Shown here piece by piece: positions 7,862-15,327 of a stretch of DNA of 29,439 bases (the first letter of the stretch is position 1; each line of letters starts with the position of its first letter). The notes beneath the pieces were generated by a model. The model was not told the DNA's origin. It searched no databases and saw nothing but the letters and a program-made list of their open reading frames with translations. This DNA comes from a virus (lineage: Duplodnaviria; Caudoviricetes). Where the stretch lies: IMG/VR virus record IMGVR_UViG_3300044297_000136, positions 1-29,439 of that record. One strand, 5' to 3'. The position numbers were made by a program, and so were the translations under genes.

Positions 7862-9136
7862 CTATAACCGTTCAATACTAATGAAGTTATTATTATATCC
7901 TCCACCAATAACCATAGTTATTCTCCAAGCAATAGTATTACTTGAATCTCTAATTACCCATGTATCAGTGGCTCCAGCAGTTGCAAAATTATATCCAGAA
8001 TTTAAGTATGTTGGCGTTGTTGTTACCGTACGTGGAGCACCTCCATCAATTGTTGTTCCAGCAATACCACCATTTAATGAATATATACCACTACCATAAA
8101 CATTCATAGTTCCTGAGACTGTAGATATTTGTAAACTACGATTACCAGAGGTAGGTATTCTTGCCTTTAAGTTACCCAGTTGAACGTCGACACCAGCGTT
8201 GACAAATCCACTGGCTTTAAATAATAGTTCTCCACCAACACCATCAGGTGTTTTTGTTAAATCAATAGATACTCCTCTTGCATTACCACCTTGTTCAAAA
8301 AATCTAATTTGATTTCTGTAAACATCTACAGTTACTCCGCCGTTAAGGCTTGTATTAGTTACTGGCTTATTGAAGAACATTTCTCCGCCCTCATCACCAG
8401 CAGAAGCGGTTAGGCTAAGTTTTCCAGCAACAGAGGTATCTGTTCCATCATATGTAAGTCCAGATACTGCTGAAAGAGTTTTGTTTTTCCACAAACCTGA
8501 ATCAGTATCATAAGCAAGTAAATTATTATTTGCAGGAGTGGAAGAATATCCGCTACCAATTAAAACATCATGAATTTCATTAAGTTCAAAACCATTTTGA
8601 ACCTTAACAAATATTTCACCAGTATTGGCGTTGGAGCGAGTAACAACTCCAAGAAATACTAAGTTTGCTGGAGCAACTGGCTTATTTGCCAGTCCATAAA
8701 TAAGGTTTCCATTTGTACCAAGCCATACTGGATCTCCAGCATTTGCTGAGGCGGTATTTAAATTAGTCAGTAATCCTTCTGTAATAACAGAACCCTGCCC
8801 ATTAATAGCAAGATCTGTTGTTATTAATCCCATTGTTTTTGATGATGTAGATTCGGTAGCGTTTGATGCTTTTGAAACAATCATGTTTGTTCCATTAGCG
8901 GAACTTACATATACTGCTTGTCCTTTAGTTAGTGATTCTCCTGCTTTTACTTCATGTGATAGTACAGCAGTTGTTCCAGAAACTCCTGGGTCTCCCTGTG
9001 GGCCAGTTGGGCCCGGGTCTCCCTGTGGGCCAGTTGGGCCTGGGTCTCCCTGTGGGCCAGTTGGGCCTGGGTCTCCTTGATCACCCTTGGGTCCCGATGT
9101 TCCGATTGAAGAGGTGGATGAAAAAGTAAATGGCAT
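7862..9136 (-). CDS. collagen-repeat fibre protein (probable virion fibre or decoration)
   Basis: N-terminal Gly-X-Y repeats, then Gly/Thr/Asn-rich beta-type segments (GESLTKGQAVYV...; GDEGGE). Confidence 0.75.
   Translation of the reverse strand: MPFTFSSTSSIGTSGPKGDQGDPGPTGPQGDPGPTGPQGDPGPTGPQGDPGVSGTTAVLSHEVKAGESLTKGQAVYVSSANGTNMIVSKASNATESTSSKTMGLITTDLAINGQGSVITEGLLTNLNTASANAGDPVWLGTNGNLIYGLANKPVAPANLVFLGVVTRSNANTGEIFVKVQNGFELNEIHDVLIGSGYSSTPANNNLLAYDTDSGLWKNKTLSAVSGLTYDGTDTSVAGKLSLTASAGDEGGEMFFNKPVTNTSLNGGVTVDVYRNQIRFFEQGGNARGVSIDLTKTPDGVGGELLFKASGFVNAGVDVQLGNLKARIPTSGNRSLQISTVSGTMNVYGSGIYSLNGGIAGTTIDGGAPRTVTTTPTYLNSGYNFATAGATDTWVIRDSSNTIAWRITMVIGGGYNNNFISIERL
8985..9076. repeat. 27-bp tandem repeat, about 3.4 copies, encoding collagen GDPGPTGPQ
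   Basis: Units cc(t/c)gggtctccctgtgggccagttggg at 8985, 9012 and 9039, plus a partial unit at 9066. Confidence 0.95.
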
Positions 9137-9396
9137 TATCTCTCCAAAATAAGAACTGACACTGAACCAGCTCCAACGGCATATAATTTATCATAAGGTC
9201 CAAGATCGGCACTCCACATTTGTCCAGGAGCTAATTTTATTCCATATGAACTTGAGGTTACACTTGATTCTCCCATGTATATAGTTTCAGATGGGTCTGT
9301 ATTTTGTACGGAAATTGTATTAGAACCTTCTACTGTGTCAGAAATTGTCAATAGTGTTGGGGTTCCAGACAGGGTTAAATTTCTAGTTCTAAGCAT
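9136..9396 (-). CDS. small beta-rich protein, probable structural partner of the fibre
   Basis: SVQN...IYMG..V...YGIKL.PG pattern; TAATG coupling to the fibre gene. Confidence 0.65.
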   Translation of the reverse strand: MLRTRNLTLSGTPTLLTISDTVEGSNTISVQNTDPSETIYMGESSVTSSSYGIKLAPGQMWSADLGPYDKLYAVGAGSVSVLILER

Positions 9397-9402
9397 AAAT
9401 GC

Positions 9403-9411
9403 ATTATATCA
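9403..9411 (-). promoter_or_regulatory. extended -10 (TGA-TATAAT), 6 nt before ATG 9396 (leaderless)
   Basis: Minus strand reads TGATATAAT-GCATTT-ATG. Confidence 0.65.
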
Positions 9412-9416
9412 TTTAA

Positions 9417-9596
9417 TTAATTATTATCTGTTTTGTAAAATCCATTACCCTTGAACTGTATGCCGAATGAATTATAAACTTTGTTCATAATTAAACCACA
9501 TTTTTGGCATATCTCAGTGGATGATGATTCTTCAAAAGACTTTTGCTTTTCGATAGTATAGTCACATACCATACAGCAGTATTCATATCTTGGCAT
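9417..9596 (-). CDS. FmdB-family Zn-ribbon protein (59 aa, not in the ORF track)
   Basis: Manual translation: MPRYEYCCMVC...ICQKCG..MNKVYNSFGIQFKGNGFYKTDNN*. Matches the MP.YEY.C..C / C..CG / FKG.GFY.TD signature. Confidence 0.88.
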   Translation of the reverse strand: MPRYEYCCMVCDYTIEKQKSFEESSSTEICQKCGLIMNKVYNSFGIQFKGNGFYKTDNN

Positions 9597-9616
9597 TATT
9601 TTCCAATTCTATTTTG

Positions 9617-9648
9617 TGAGCAGTTTATCCACTTGCTCAGGTGGATAA
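9617..9648 (-). other. candidate H-type pseudoknot or inverted repeat in the FmdB leader
   Basis: Stem TTATCCAC/GTGGATAA; loop TGAGCA is complementary to downstream TGCTCA. Confidence 0.5.
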
Positions 9649-9692
9649 TACCTTTAGATAAACCGGATTATCTTAGATATTAATATTATACA

Positions 9693-10106
9693 TTATTTAA
9701 TCTGAATTGTCTTTGGCTTCTTTTCTTCTGGAACGATACGCTCTATGTCAATATTTAGCATTCCATTTTTAAATTCAGCCCCAGTTACTTCCATAAATTC
9801 ACCGAGCGAAAAAGATCTAGTAAATTTACGAGTGGCAATTCCTTTATGTACGACATACTTATCTTCATCTGTTGACAATTCGCCCTTAATAATGAGTGTT
9901 GAATTATCTACTGATATGTTGATATCTTCTTTGTCGAAACCCGCCAATGCAATATCAATTCTATAAACATCATCATTTTCTTTGATGATATTGTATGGTG
10001 GGTAAGAATTTTGTTGATTATATACTGAATTTAATTTGGCTAATGTTCCATTCCAGCCAATAAAAAAGGGGTCATTAAAAATGCCCCATGGATCTTGTAG
10101 AACCAT
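9693..10106 (-). CDS. hsp20: small heat-shock protein, Hsp20/IbpA-like
   Basis: SYPPYNI, IALAGF, HKGIATRKFTRSF and NGML motifs; SD AAGGAGG. Confidence 0.95.
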   Translation of the reverse strand: MVLQDPWGIFNDPFFIGWNGTLAKLNSVYNQQNSYPPYNIIKENDDVYRIDIALAGFDKEDINISVDNSTLIIKGELSTDEDKYVVHKGIATRKFTRSFSLGEFMEVTGAEFKNGMLNIDIERIVPEEKKPKTIQIK

Positions 10107-10174
10107 TATTCCTCCTTCAAGCGAATAAAGTAATATATGCGGACCCCGTTAGGCGATCCGCATATATTATAACA
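10106..10174 (-). promoter_or_regulatory. hsp20 promoter, 13-bp inverted repeat and ROSE-like SD-masking hairpin
   Basis: TGT-TATAAT (-10 at 10166-10171). IR arms at 10131-10143 and 10157-10169. Hairpin UUAUUC-G-CUU-GAAG-GAG-GAAUAA at 10106-10128. Confidence 0.6.
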
Positions 10175-10195
10175 AATTATATTTTTATTGTAAAA

Positions 10196-10693
10196 TTACC
10201 ACTTTGGTCGTGCGACTGCCATGATTTTAGCATACTTACGAGTTTTCTTATAAGCGCCATCACCATTAGCTTGTGAACCAGAGTTATCTGCTGCTGTGTT
10301 TCCTTCGAATGTAACCATTTGTTGCTTGTCTGGTTGGTTTACATAAACAATTCCAACATGCTCTGCAGTAGTTGCATCGTCATCAAAATTGAAGAATACG
10401 ATATCTCCTGGTTGTGCTTGTCCTGGGGCAACTAATTGATTGTTCTTTGCAAACCAGCGAACTCCTGCATTACATGCAGCAAATCCCTTTGGTCCTTGTG
10501 CTGCAACCAACTTTGTAAGTCCAGCTTGATCAAAACAATATGAAACAAACATTGCACACCATGGTTGGTGGTTTAGTCCAAACCACTTACCAAAAATGGT
10601 ATCGTTGTTTTCTCCTTCTTTATATGCCTCATCAACATACTTTTTGGCAACAGCCAAAACCTTGAGGGCATTTGGGTTTCTTTCTTCAGCCAT
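10196..10693 (-). CDS. CHAP-domain peptidoglycan hydrolase (endolysin)
   Basis: QPWCAMFVS (catalytic Cys), PGDIVFF, HVGIV (His) and EGN. Confidence 0.88.
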   Translation of the reverse strand: MAEERNPNALKVLAVAKKYVDEAYKEGENNDTIFGKWFGLNHQPWCAMFVSYCFDQAGLTKLVAAQGPKGFAACNAGVRWFAKNNQLVAPGQAQPGDIVFFNFDDDATTAEHVGIVYVNQPDKQQMVTFEGNTAADNSGSQANGDGAYKKTRKYAKIMAVARPKW

Positions 10694-10877
10694 TATTATC
10701 TCCTTTTAAAATTGACTTCTTTACTTCTTTAGATTTATTTTCTGAGGCATATAGGGCACGTAAATGTGCAAGAGCCCGAGATTTACTTGGATGGCATCCG
10801 ACTAATTCGTTTGTGCCTTCCTTTACTACACCAAAACCTTTACAACCAGCAGCACCCTGCTTAATCTGCCAAGGCAT
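10686..10877 (-). CDS. small phage protein
   Basis: MPW.I......C....VVK......GCH.....A..HLRALYASE; coupled to both neighbours. Confidence 0.7.
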   Translation of the reverse strand: MPWQIKQGAAGCKGFGVVKEGTNELVGCHPSKSRALAHLRALYASENKSKEVKKSILKGDNNG

Positions 10878-11332
10878 TAGTTACTTCCCATTGACTTCAT
10901 TGATGCTCTTAATTTCCAGCCAAGTTTTTCTTGCATATCAATTCTTTCTGCAATAAAATTAGCTAGACCCTGTTCATTTGCTGATGTTGCCACATTAAAA
11001 CATTCTTTAAGGTCAACAAGCATTTGTTCATTTGAATTGTATAGCGAGCTAAGCATTTGAAGTGGGTTATTTGCATTCATATCTAAATCATATTTGATAT
11101 TTGAAGCTGACATGGCATCCATTACAGAGAATGCTGCCTTGATATCAAATCTACGCAACCATTCAGCCCAATCGTCAACGGTTTCCCAAAGATCATTATA
11201 AATTTCGCTAAAGAATGAGTGGAATTGTTCAAATAAAATTCCTTCTACATTCCAGTGATATCCATGTGCTTTGGTATAAAAAATAAATGAATTGGCTTGA
11301 AGGGTCCTCAAGCATAAAATCAATTGTTCCAT
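10877..11332 (-). CDS. dps: Dps-like mini-ferritin
   Basis: Ferroxidase-centre motifs HGYHWNVEG, FHSFF and D..AE; SD GGAGG; extended -10 at 11348-11356. Confidence 0.9.
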   Translation of the reverse strand: MEQLILCLRTLQANSFIFYTKAHGYHWNVEGILFEQFHSFFSEIYNDLWETVDDWAEWLRRFDIKAAFSVMDAMSASNIKYDLDMNANNPLQMLSSLYNSNEQMLVDLKECFNVATSANEQGLANFIAERIDMQEKLGWKLRASMKSMGSN

Positions 11333-11369
11333 ATTTCCTCCAAAATAATTATATCATTTTTAAATTGTG

Positions 11370-11444
11370 TGGAGCCTCCCGTCAGGATTGAACTGACGAC
11401 CTTCCGCTTACAAGGCGGATGCTCTACCACTGAGCTAGAGAGGC
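11370..11444 (-). tRNA. tRNA-Thr(UGU), CCA encoded
   Basis: GCCTCTC..TCCGC-CTTGTAA-GCGGA..GTTCAATC..GGGAGGC-T-CCA. Confidence 0.95.
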
Positions 11445-11448
11445 GTAG

Positions 11449-11522
11449 TGGAGCAGGTAGGACTTGAACCTACGATTACCCGATTATGAGTCGGGGGCTT
11501 TAACCAGCTAAGCTACTGCTCC
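11449..11522 (-). tRNA. tRNA with CAU anticodon, probably Ile2 (lysidine); elongator Met not excluded; no encoded CCA
   Basis: GGAGCAG..CCCGA-CTCATAA-TCGGG..GTTCAAGT..CTGCTCC-A. The paired G1-C72 argues against an initiator. Confidence 0.88.
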
Positions 11523-11950
11523 ATATTTATTTTAAAATATTTTTTTACAGCTTTTTCTAATTTATCAGAACCTTGCCAACCTATTTCACCATCAATATTC
11601 CAAGATAAATCTTTTTTATTTATTCTAGCAAATTCTTTGTACCATTCCAAATATTTAATATCAAAATTTTTTCCAGTTTTAATTACATGTATCTGTATGA
11701 CGCCACCATAATTTACAATTGATGCTAGGCAATCACTTTTATTTGGTTTTAAAAATTCTGGTATTTTTTCTTCTATTATCCATAAACAAAAAAATTCAGT
11801 ACATTGTGGATTAGGCCTTTCATCATAAATTGTACAACCGGAATTTAATATTAGGAAAAAACATGGTTTTCCTGGATAAAAATCATGACCGTATGCCTCA
11901 CCTCTAAGTGAGCCATCACAACATTTGGTACATCCGTTACATTTTTTCAT
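11513..11950 (-). CDS. YkgJ-like CxxCxxCC cysteine-cluster (Zn/Fe-S) protein
   Basis: CNGCTKCC, then PCFFL, GCTIYDERP, C.EFFC.W and KP motifs. Confidence 0.8.
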   Translation of the reverse strand: MKKCNGCTKCCDGSLRGEAYGHDFYPGKPCFFLILNSGCTIYDERPNPQCTEFFCLWIIEEKIPEFLKPNKSDCLASIVNYGGVIQIHVIKTGKNFDIKYLEWYKEFARINKKDLSWNIDGEIGWQGSDKLEKAVKKYFKINMEQ

Positions 11951-11953
11951 AAG

Positions 11954-12025
11954 CTGGAGATGTGGGATTCGAACCTACAACCGCCCGATTAACAGTCGGG
12001 TGCTCTGCCGTTGAGCTAATCTCCA
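11954..12025 (-). tRNA. tRNA-Asn(GUU), no encoded CCA
   Basis: TGGAGAT..CCCGA-CTGTTAA-TCGGG..GTTCGAATC..ATCTCCA-G73; one A-C mismatch in the T stem. Confidence 0.92.
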
Positions 12026-12028
12026 ATG

Positions 12029-12101
12029 CGCCCCTAGAAGGAATCGAACCTCCGACGCAGACCTTAGAAGAGTCTCGCTCTATCCGCTGAGCTATAAGGG
12101 C
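12029..12101 (-). tRNA. tRNA-Arg(UCU), no encoded CCA
   Basis: GCCCTTA..AGACT-CTTCTAA-GGTCT..GTTCGATTC..TAGGGGC-G. Confidence 0.93.
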
Positions 12102-12391
12102 CTATCAATATTCATAGGAATTATTCCGATTTTTTTTGCCTCTTCTAATCCTTCTTCGGTAAAATGAACTATGGCTTCAAGATTTTCATCATATTCAATC
12201 TCTGCTAAATCTCTTTTATATAAATCTAAAACCATATCATCAATATGTTCGATATGTACCTTCCAAAGTTCTGGTGCAACTTCTTTTGCTTTTTCTAGAA
12301 TAGTATACAAAAATTGACCATCTTCGTCAATACCAGAAACTTCTATAGCACCAATTTTGCTGTAATAAGCAATTAATAAATCATTGTCCAT
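12092..12391 (-). CDS. acidic hypothetical protein
   Basis: 99-aa ORF whose stop codon lies inside tRNA-Arg. Confidence 0.75.
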   Translation of the reverse strand: MDNDLLIAYYSKIGAIEVSGIDEDGQFLYTILEKAKEVAPELWKVHIEHIDDMVLDLYKRDLAEIEYDENLEAIVHFTEEGLEEAKKIGIIPMNIDRPL

Positions 12392-12399
12392 AATAACCC

Positions 12400-12639
12400 C
12401 TATTCTTTATTTCTAGAGTTGAACTGCTCTACAGTTTTTTGAACATATTCGGAAAAATGTTTTCTAATATTTCCGGGAGGTCGTGATCCCGTAACAGACC
12501 ATAGTCTTTGATATTCCATAATGTTTGAAAATGTTGTGGGGCAAACTATTATTCCATTAAAATCTTTTAAAACTGTAGGCAAAGGAACATGCTTGTTACA
12601 GCACTTACATTCTTTTGCTAATTCTTGGTATTTGCTCAT
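12400..12639 (-). CDS. Cys-rich hypothetical protein
   Basis: CKCC and CPTT motifs; ATGA overlap with the terminase stop. Confidence 0.7.
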   Translation of the reverse strand: MSKYQELAKECKCCNKHVPLPTVLKDFNGIIVCPTTFSNIMEYQRLWSVTGSRPPGNIRKHFSEYVQKTVEQFNSRNKE

Positions 12640-14441
12640 ATAACTTCCATATCGCTACTTATATCATAGTCTGATAAATAATTTGCTAACTGTTCCGGCA
12701 TTCTTGGTGCCCGAATCATATTTGTAACAATTGTATCATCTGCTTCGGACTCAAACATCATTGAATCATATGTATGAATATTTATTTCTCCATTTGTATC
12801 AACTTTTGTTTTGGTTATTGCATTATATATGGATCCACATACAGCATCAGCCAAATCTTTTGAACCTTTTCTTGGATGATCTACTCTGTCCCTCATTATT
12901 TTTAATTGCAACAATTCATCTATTAACAATGGAATATGTGGTCCAGATAATCTTTCTTCCAAAACAATCATAGCCATATCATCATAATGCTTTTTGGCAA
13001 CTGATAAAGTTTCTGTATTAATTCCATATTGTTTTAATTGTTGCATCATGTCGTGGGAGTTCCATCTATCAAAAGTACAAACACGAATTTTAAAGCCAGC
13101 CGTTCTTAAAGATAAAATATAATCTTTTACTTCTGTAAAGTCTACCGACTTATCAGCTGTTGGTGTCCAATATCTTACAGCATCAACTTCAACTATTGGT
13201 GCTGGTTGTGAATATGTATCGGTAACTCTTACATTAACCCATTTCTTTACATGTGACATTGATACGGCACAATGGTCGTGTTTCTGTGCAAGGTCAACGT
13301 GCAAGAAATATTCTTTATCTGGATCGGGTGCAAACCAAGGTTCTAATCTTCCAAAAGTATCTACGGCTAATGCCATATTATTAAATGCTTTTTCTATTTT
13401 CTCTCTTGATTTAAAAAATGCATCAATTGCTTCTGGTGGCATACACGCATATCGAGATAGAGCATCTGGCATATTTTTATAAAATTCAATTTTAAAATCT
13501 TCAATTTTTTTAGTCGGATTGACATCCCATGTAGGTCTTTTTAATGCATACACTTTTGGTATATTATAAGAAACTATATGATCTTCTTCCCACTCTACAT
13601 CTATTTCATTTCCTTGTGTTCCATCCGGCAAATCTTCATCCATTTTTAATCTTTTAGATCTTACAATAGTTTCTTTTTCAGCAATAACTGAGTCATAAAA
13701 CTTTTGAATTGGATCATTCTTGAATCTAGGAAATGATAACAAAATTACTTTACCATAATCTGGAAAACGAGAAATAACAGATCCTCTATACATATCATAT
13801 ATGGCATCTGCTGTTTTAGCTTGATCATGTCCGGTAGTATTTTCTGTGGCAAATCCAGAAATTTCGTCTAGAATAACAGCAATTACGTTATATCCTTCGA
13901 ATGCTTCTCGTTCTGAATGACCAGAATAAACATTTATATTCTTATCAAACCTAATCTCAGAGGCTTTGGGATCGTACTTTCCAACAAACCAAGGTGATCT
14001 TTCGATGCGTGTTTTTAATCCTTTAAAAAAAACATTGTTTGCTTGTTGTGCGTTAACAGCAATGTTAATGATATCTATTGTATCTCCGGGAGGTTTCCCG
14101 TAATATGTTGCCGGATCTTTTAAACATAATAATAAATAAACCATATATGAAACTGAAATTGTAGATGTGTAATCTTTTCCGGAACCTTTTCCAAGTTGTG
14201 CAATGATTTCAGTACAGGTCTGCTTATATCTCTTTTTACCCTCTTCTTGTCCAAAAAGTTTAATGAGTGTAGATTCTTTATAAATTTGAGATCCCTTTTC
14301 AATGAGTGAATACTGATATTCTGACAATGGTGGAAGGGCAAGATAGTCTGGACTTGTTACAAATGTTTTTAAATCAACAGGTCTCTCATCAAATTCTTCA
14401 CCATCGAGAATATCAATAAGATCATCAAAATTAAGATCCAT
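12636..14441 (-). CDS. terL: terminase large subunit
   Basis: Walker A GKGSGKD, Walker B VILDE, coupling motif LLSFP. RNase-H-like nuclease acids in HVDLA, FDRWNS and KDLADA. Confidence 0.9.
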   Translation of the reverse strand: MDLNFDDLIDILDGEEFDERPVDLKTFVTSPDYLALPPLSEYQYSLIEKGSQIYKESTLIKLFGQEEGKKRYKQTCTEIIAQLGKGSGKDYTSTISVSYMVYLLLCLKDPATYYGKPPGDTIDIINIAVNAQQANNVFFKGLKTRIERSPWFVGKYDPKASEIRFDKNINVYSGHSEREAFEGYNVIAVILDEISGFATENTTGHDQAKTADAIYDMYRGSVISRFPDYGKVILLSFPRFKNDPIQKFYDSVIAEKETIVRSKRLKMDEDLPDGTQGNEIDVEWEEDHIVSYNIPKVYALKRPTWDVNPTKKIEDFKIEFYKNMPDALSRYACMPPEAIDAFFKSREKIEKAFNNMALAVDTFGRLEPWFAPDPDKEYFLHVDLAQKHDHCAVSMSHVKKWVNVRVTDTYSQPAPIVEVDAVRYWTPTADKSVDFTEVKDYILSLRTAGFKIRVCTFDRWNSHDMMQQLKQYGINTETLSVAKKHYDDMAMIVLEERLSGPHIPLLIDELLQLKIMRDRVDHPRKGSKDLADAVCGSIYNAITKTKVDTNGEINIHTYDSMMFESEADDTIVTNMIRAPRMPEQLANYLSDYDISSDMEVI

Positions 14442-14970
14442 CTACATCCTCATTATTAATTACTACTGGCTCAACCACTCCAGTAATTTGTGACAATCTT
14501 CTGGCTACTTCTAATTTACAATGTGAACAAGTGGCTGTAACCTCTTTTAATATTTTAATTAAAATATCTTGTTTTCTTTCGGTCTCTGCTAGTTGGGTGG
14601 CTAGTTCAGCATTATCAAGTAGTCCGACCTGTTGAAGCATACCTATTCTTTTGGACTCAATATCAGCAATTAATTTGAGAGCTGTGGCCTTAACATTTAA
14701 CTGCCCCTGCTGGTCGGCGTCCTCTACTGTCTTCCATGCTTCCTTGATAAGCATTGCATAGTGTTGGTCTGCCCCAGAGACGGCTTCCTTTGCCCTCTCA
14801 CGAGCCGTAGAATCGTTTCTAACGACACTTTTCCACTCGTCTATATATCCTATTACATCTGACCTCTTAAAGCCCGTTATAGAGGCAATTTGGCTCGGAG
14901 AGTTACCCCTCAGTAATTGCTCTACGACTTTATTCATTCGATCAAAATGATCTGCTAATTCAATTTCCAT
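14431..14970 (-). CDS. probable terminase small subunit (N-terminal HTH)
   Basis: HTH-like SPSQIASITGFKRSDV, helical body, directly upstream of terL. TATAAT at 14979-14984. Confidence 0.6.
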   Translation of the reverse strand: MEIELADHFDRMNKVVEQLLRGNSPSQIASITGFKRSDVIGYIDEWKSVVRNDSTARERAKEAVSGADQHYAMLIKEAWKTVEDADQQGQLNVKATALKLIADIESKRIGMLQQVGLLDNAELATQLAETERKQDILIKILKEVTATCSHCKLEVARRLSQITGVVEPVVINNEDVDGS

Positions 14971-15003
14971 ATAATACTATTATACCTTTTAGTTGACTAG
15001 AAA

Positions 15004-15327
15004 TCAAATACTTTTGGCTACTTTATATAGAACCAAGTATCCAATTAAATCATCAATATCATTATCGCCTGGATAACCCTCGGCATTTTTAATTCTATTT
15101 AGTTTATCATCTATTCTAACTTTTAATTGTTCTAGGTTATCCGCCGAAGAAAATATTCTTATTGGTTTAATTGCAGAATCGCCATAAGATTTATTTTTTT
15201 CTATTAGCATATGGGCAATTTCGTGACATGTATCTAAAATATTTAATCCAGATGGGGCACTACGAGAAAGTAAATATAGGTCCTCACAAAAAAATGTTTT
15301 TGTATCTTCAAATACTGGCTTTAACAT
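15004..15327 (-). CDS. DUF1599-like (nucleotide-modification-associated) helical protein
   Basis: EKNKSYGDS, VRIDDKLNRI and DIDDLIGYLVL motifs. The likely start is ATG 15327 (TAATG overlap). Confidence 0.7.
   Translation of the reverse strand: MLKPVFEDTKTFFCEDLYLLSRSAPSGLNILDTCHEIAHMLIEKNKSYGDSAIKPIRIFSSADNLEQLKVRIDDKLNRIKNAEGYPGDNDIDDLIGYLVLYKVAKSI

Noticed and set aside
9617-9648. Hammerhead ribozyme suggested by CTGA...AAAC
   Set aside because: The core would need CUGANGA and GAAA, but the sequence reads CUGAGCA and UAAA, and no three-way junction is evident.
11370-12101. tRNA cluster as a prophage attachment site
   Set aside because: There is no integrase, no duplicated tRNA 3' end and no host-like flanking genes; phage genes continue on both sides.
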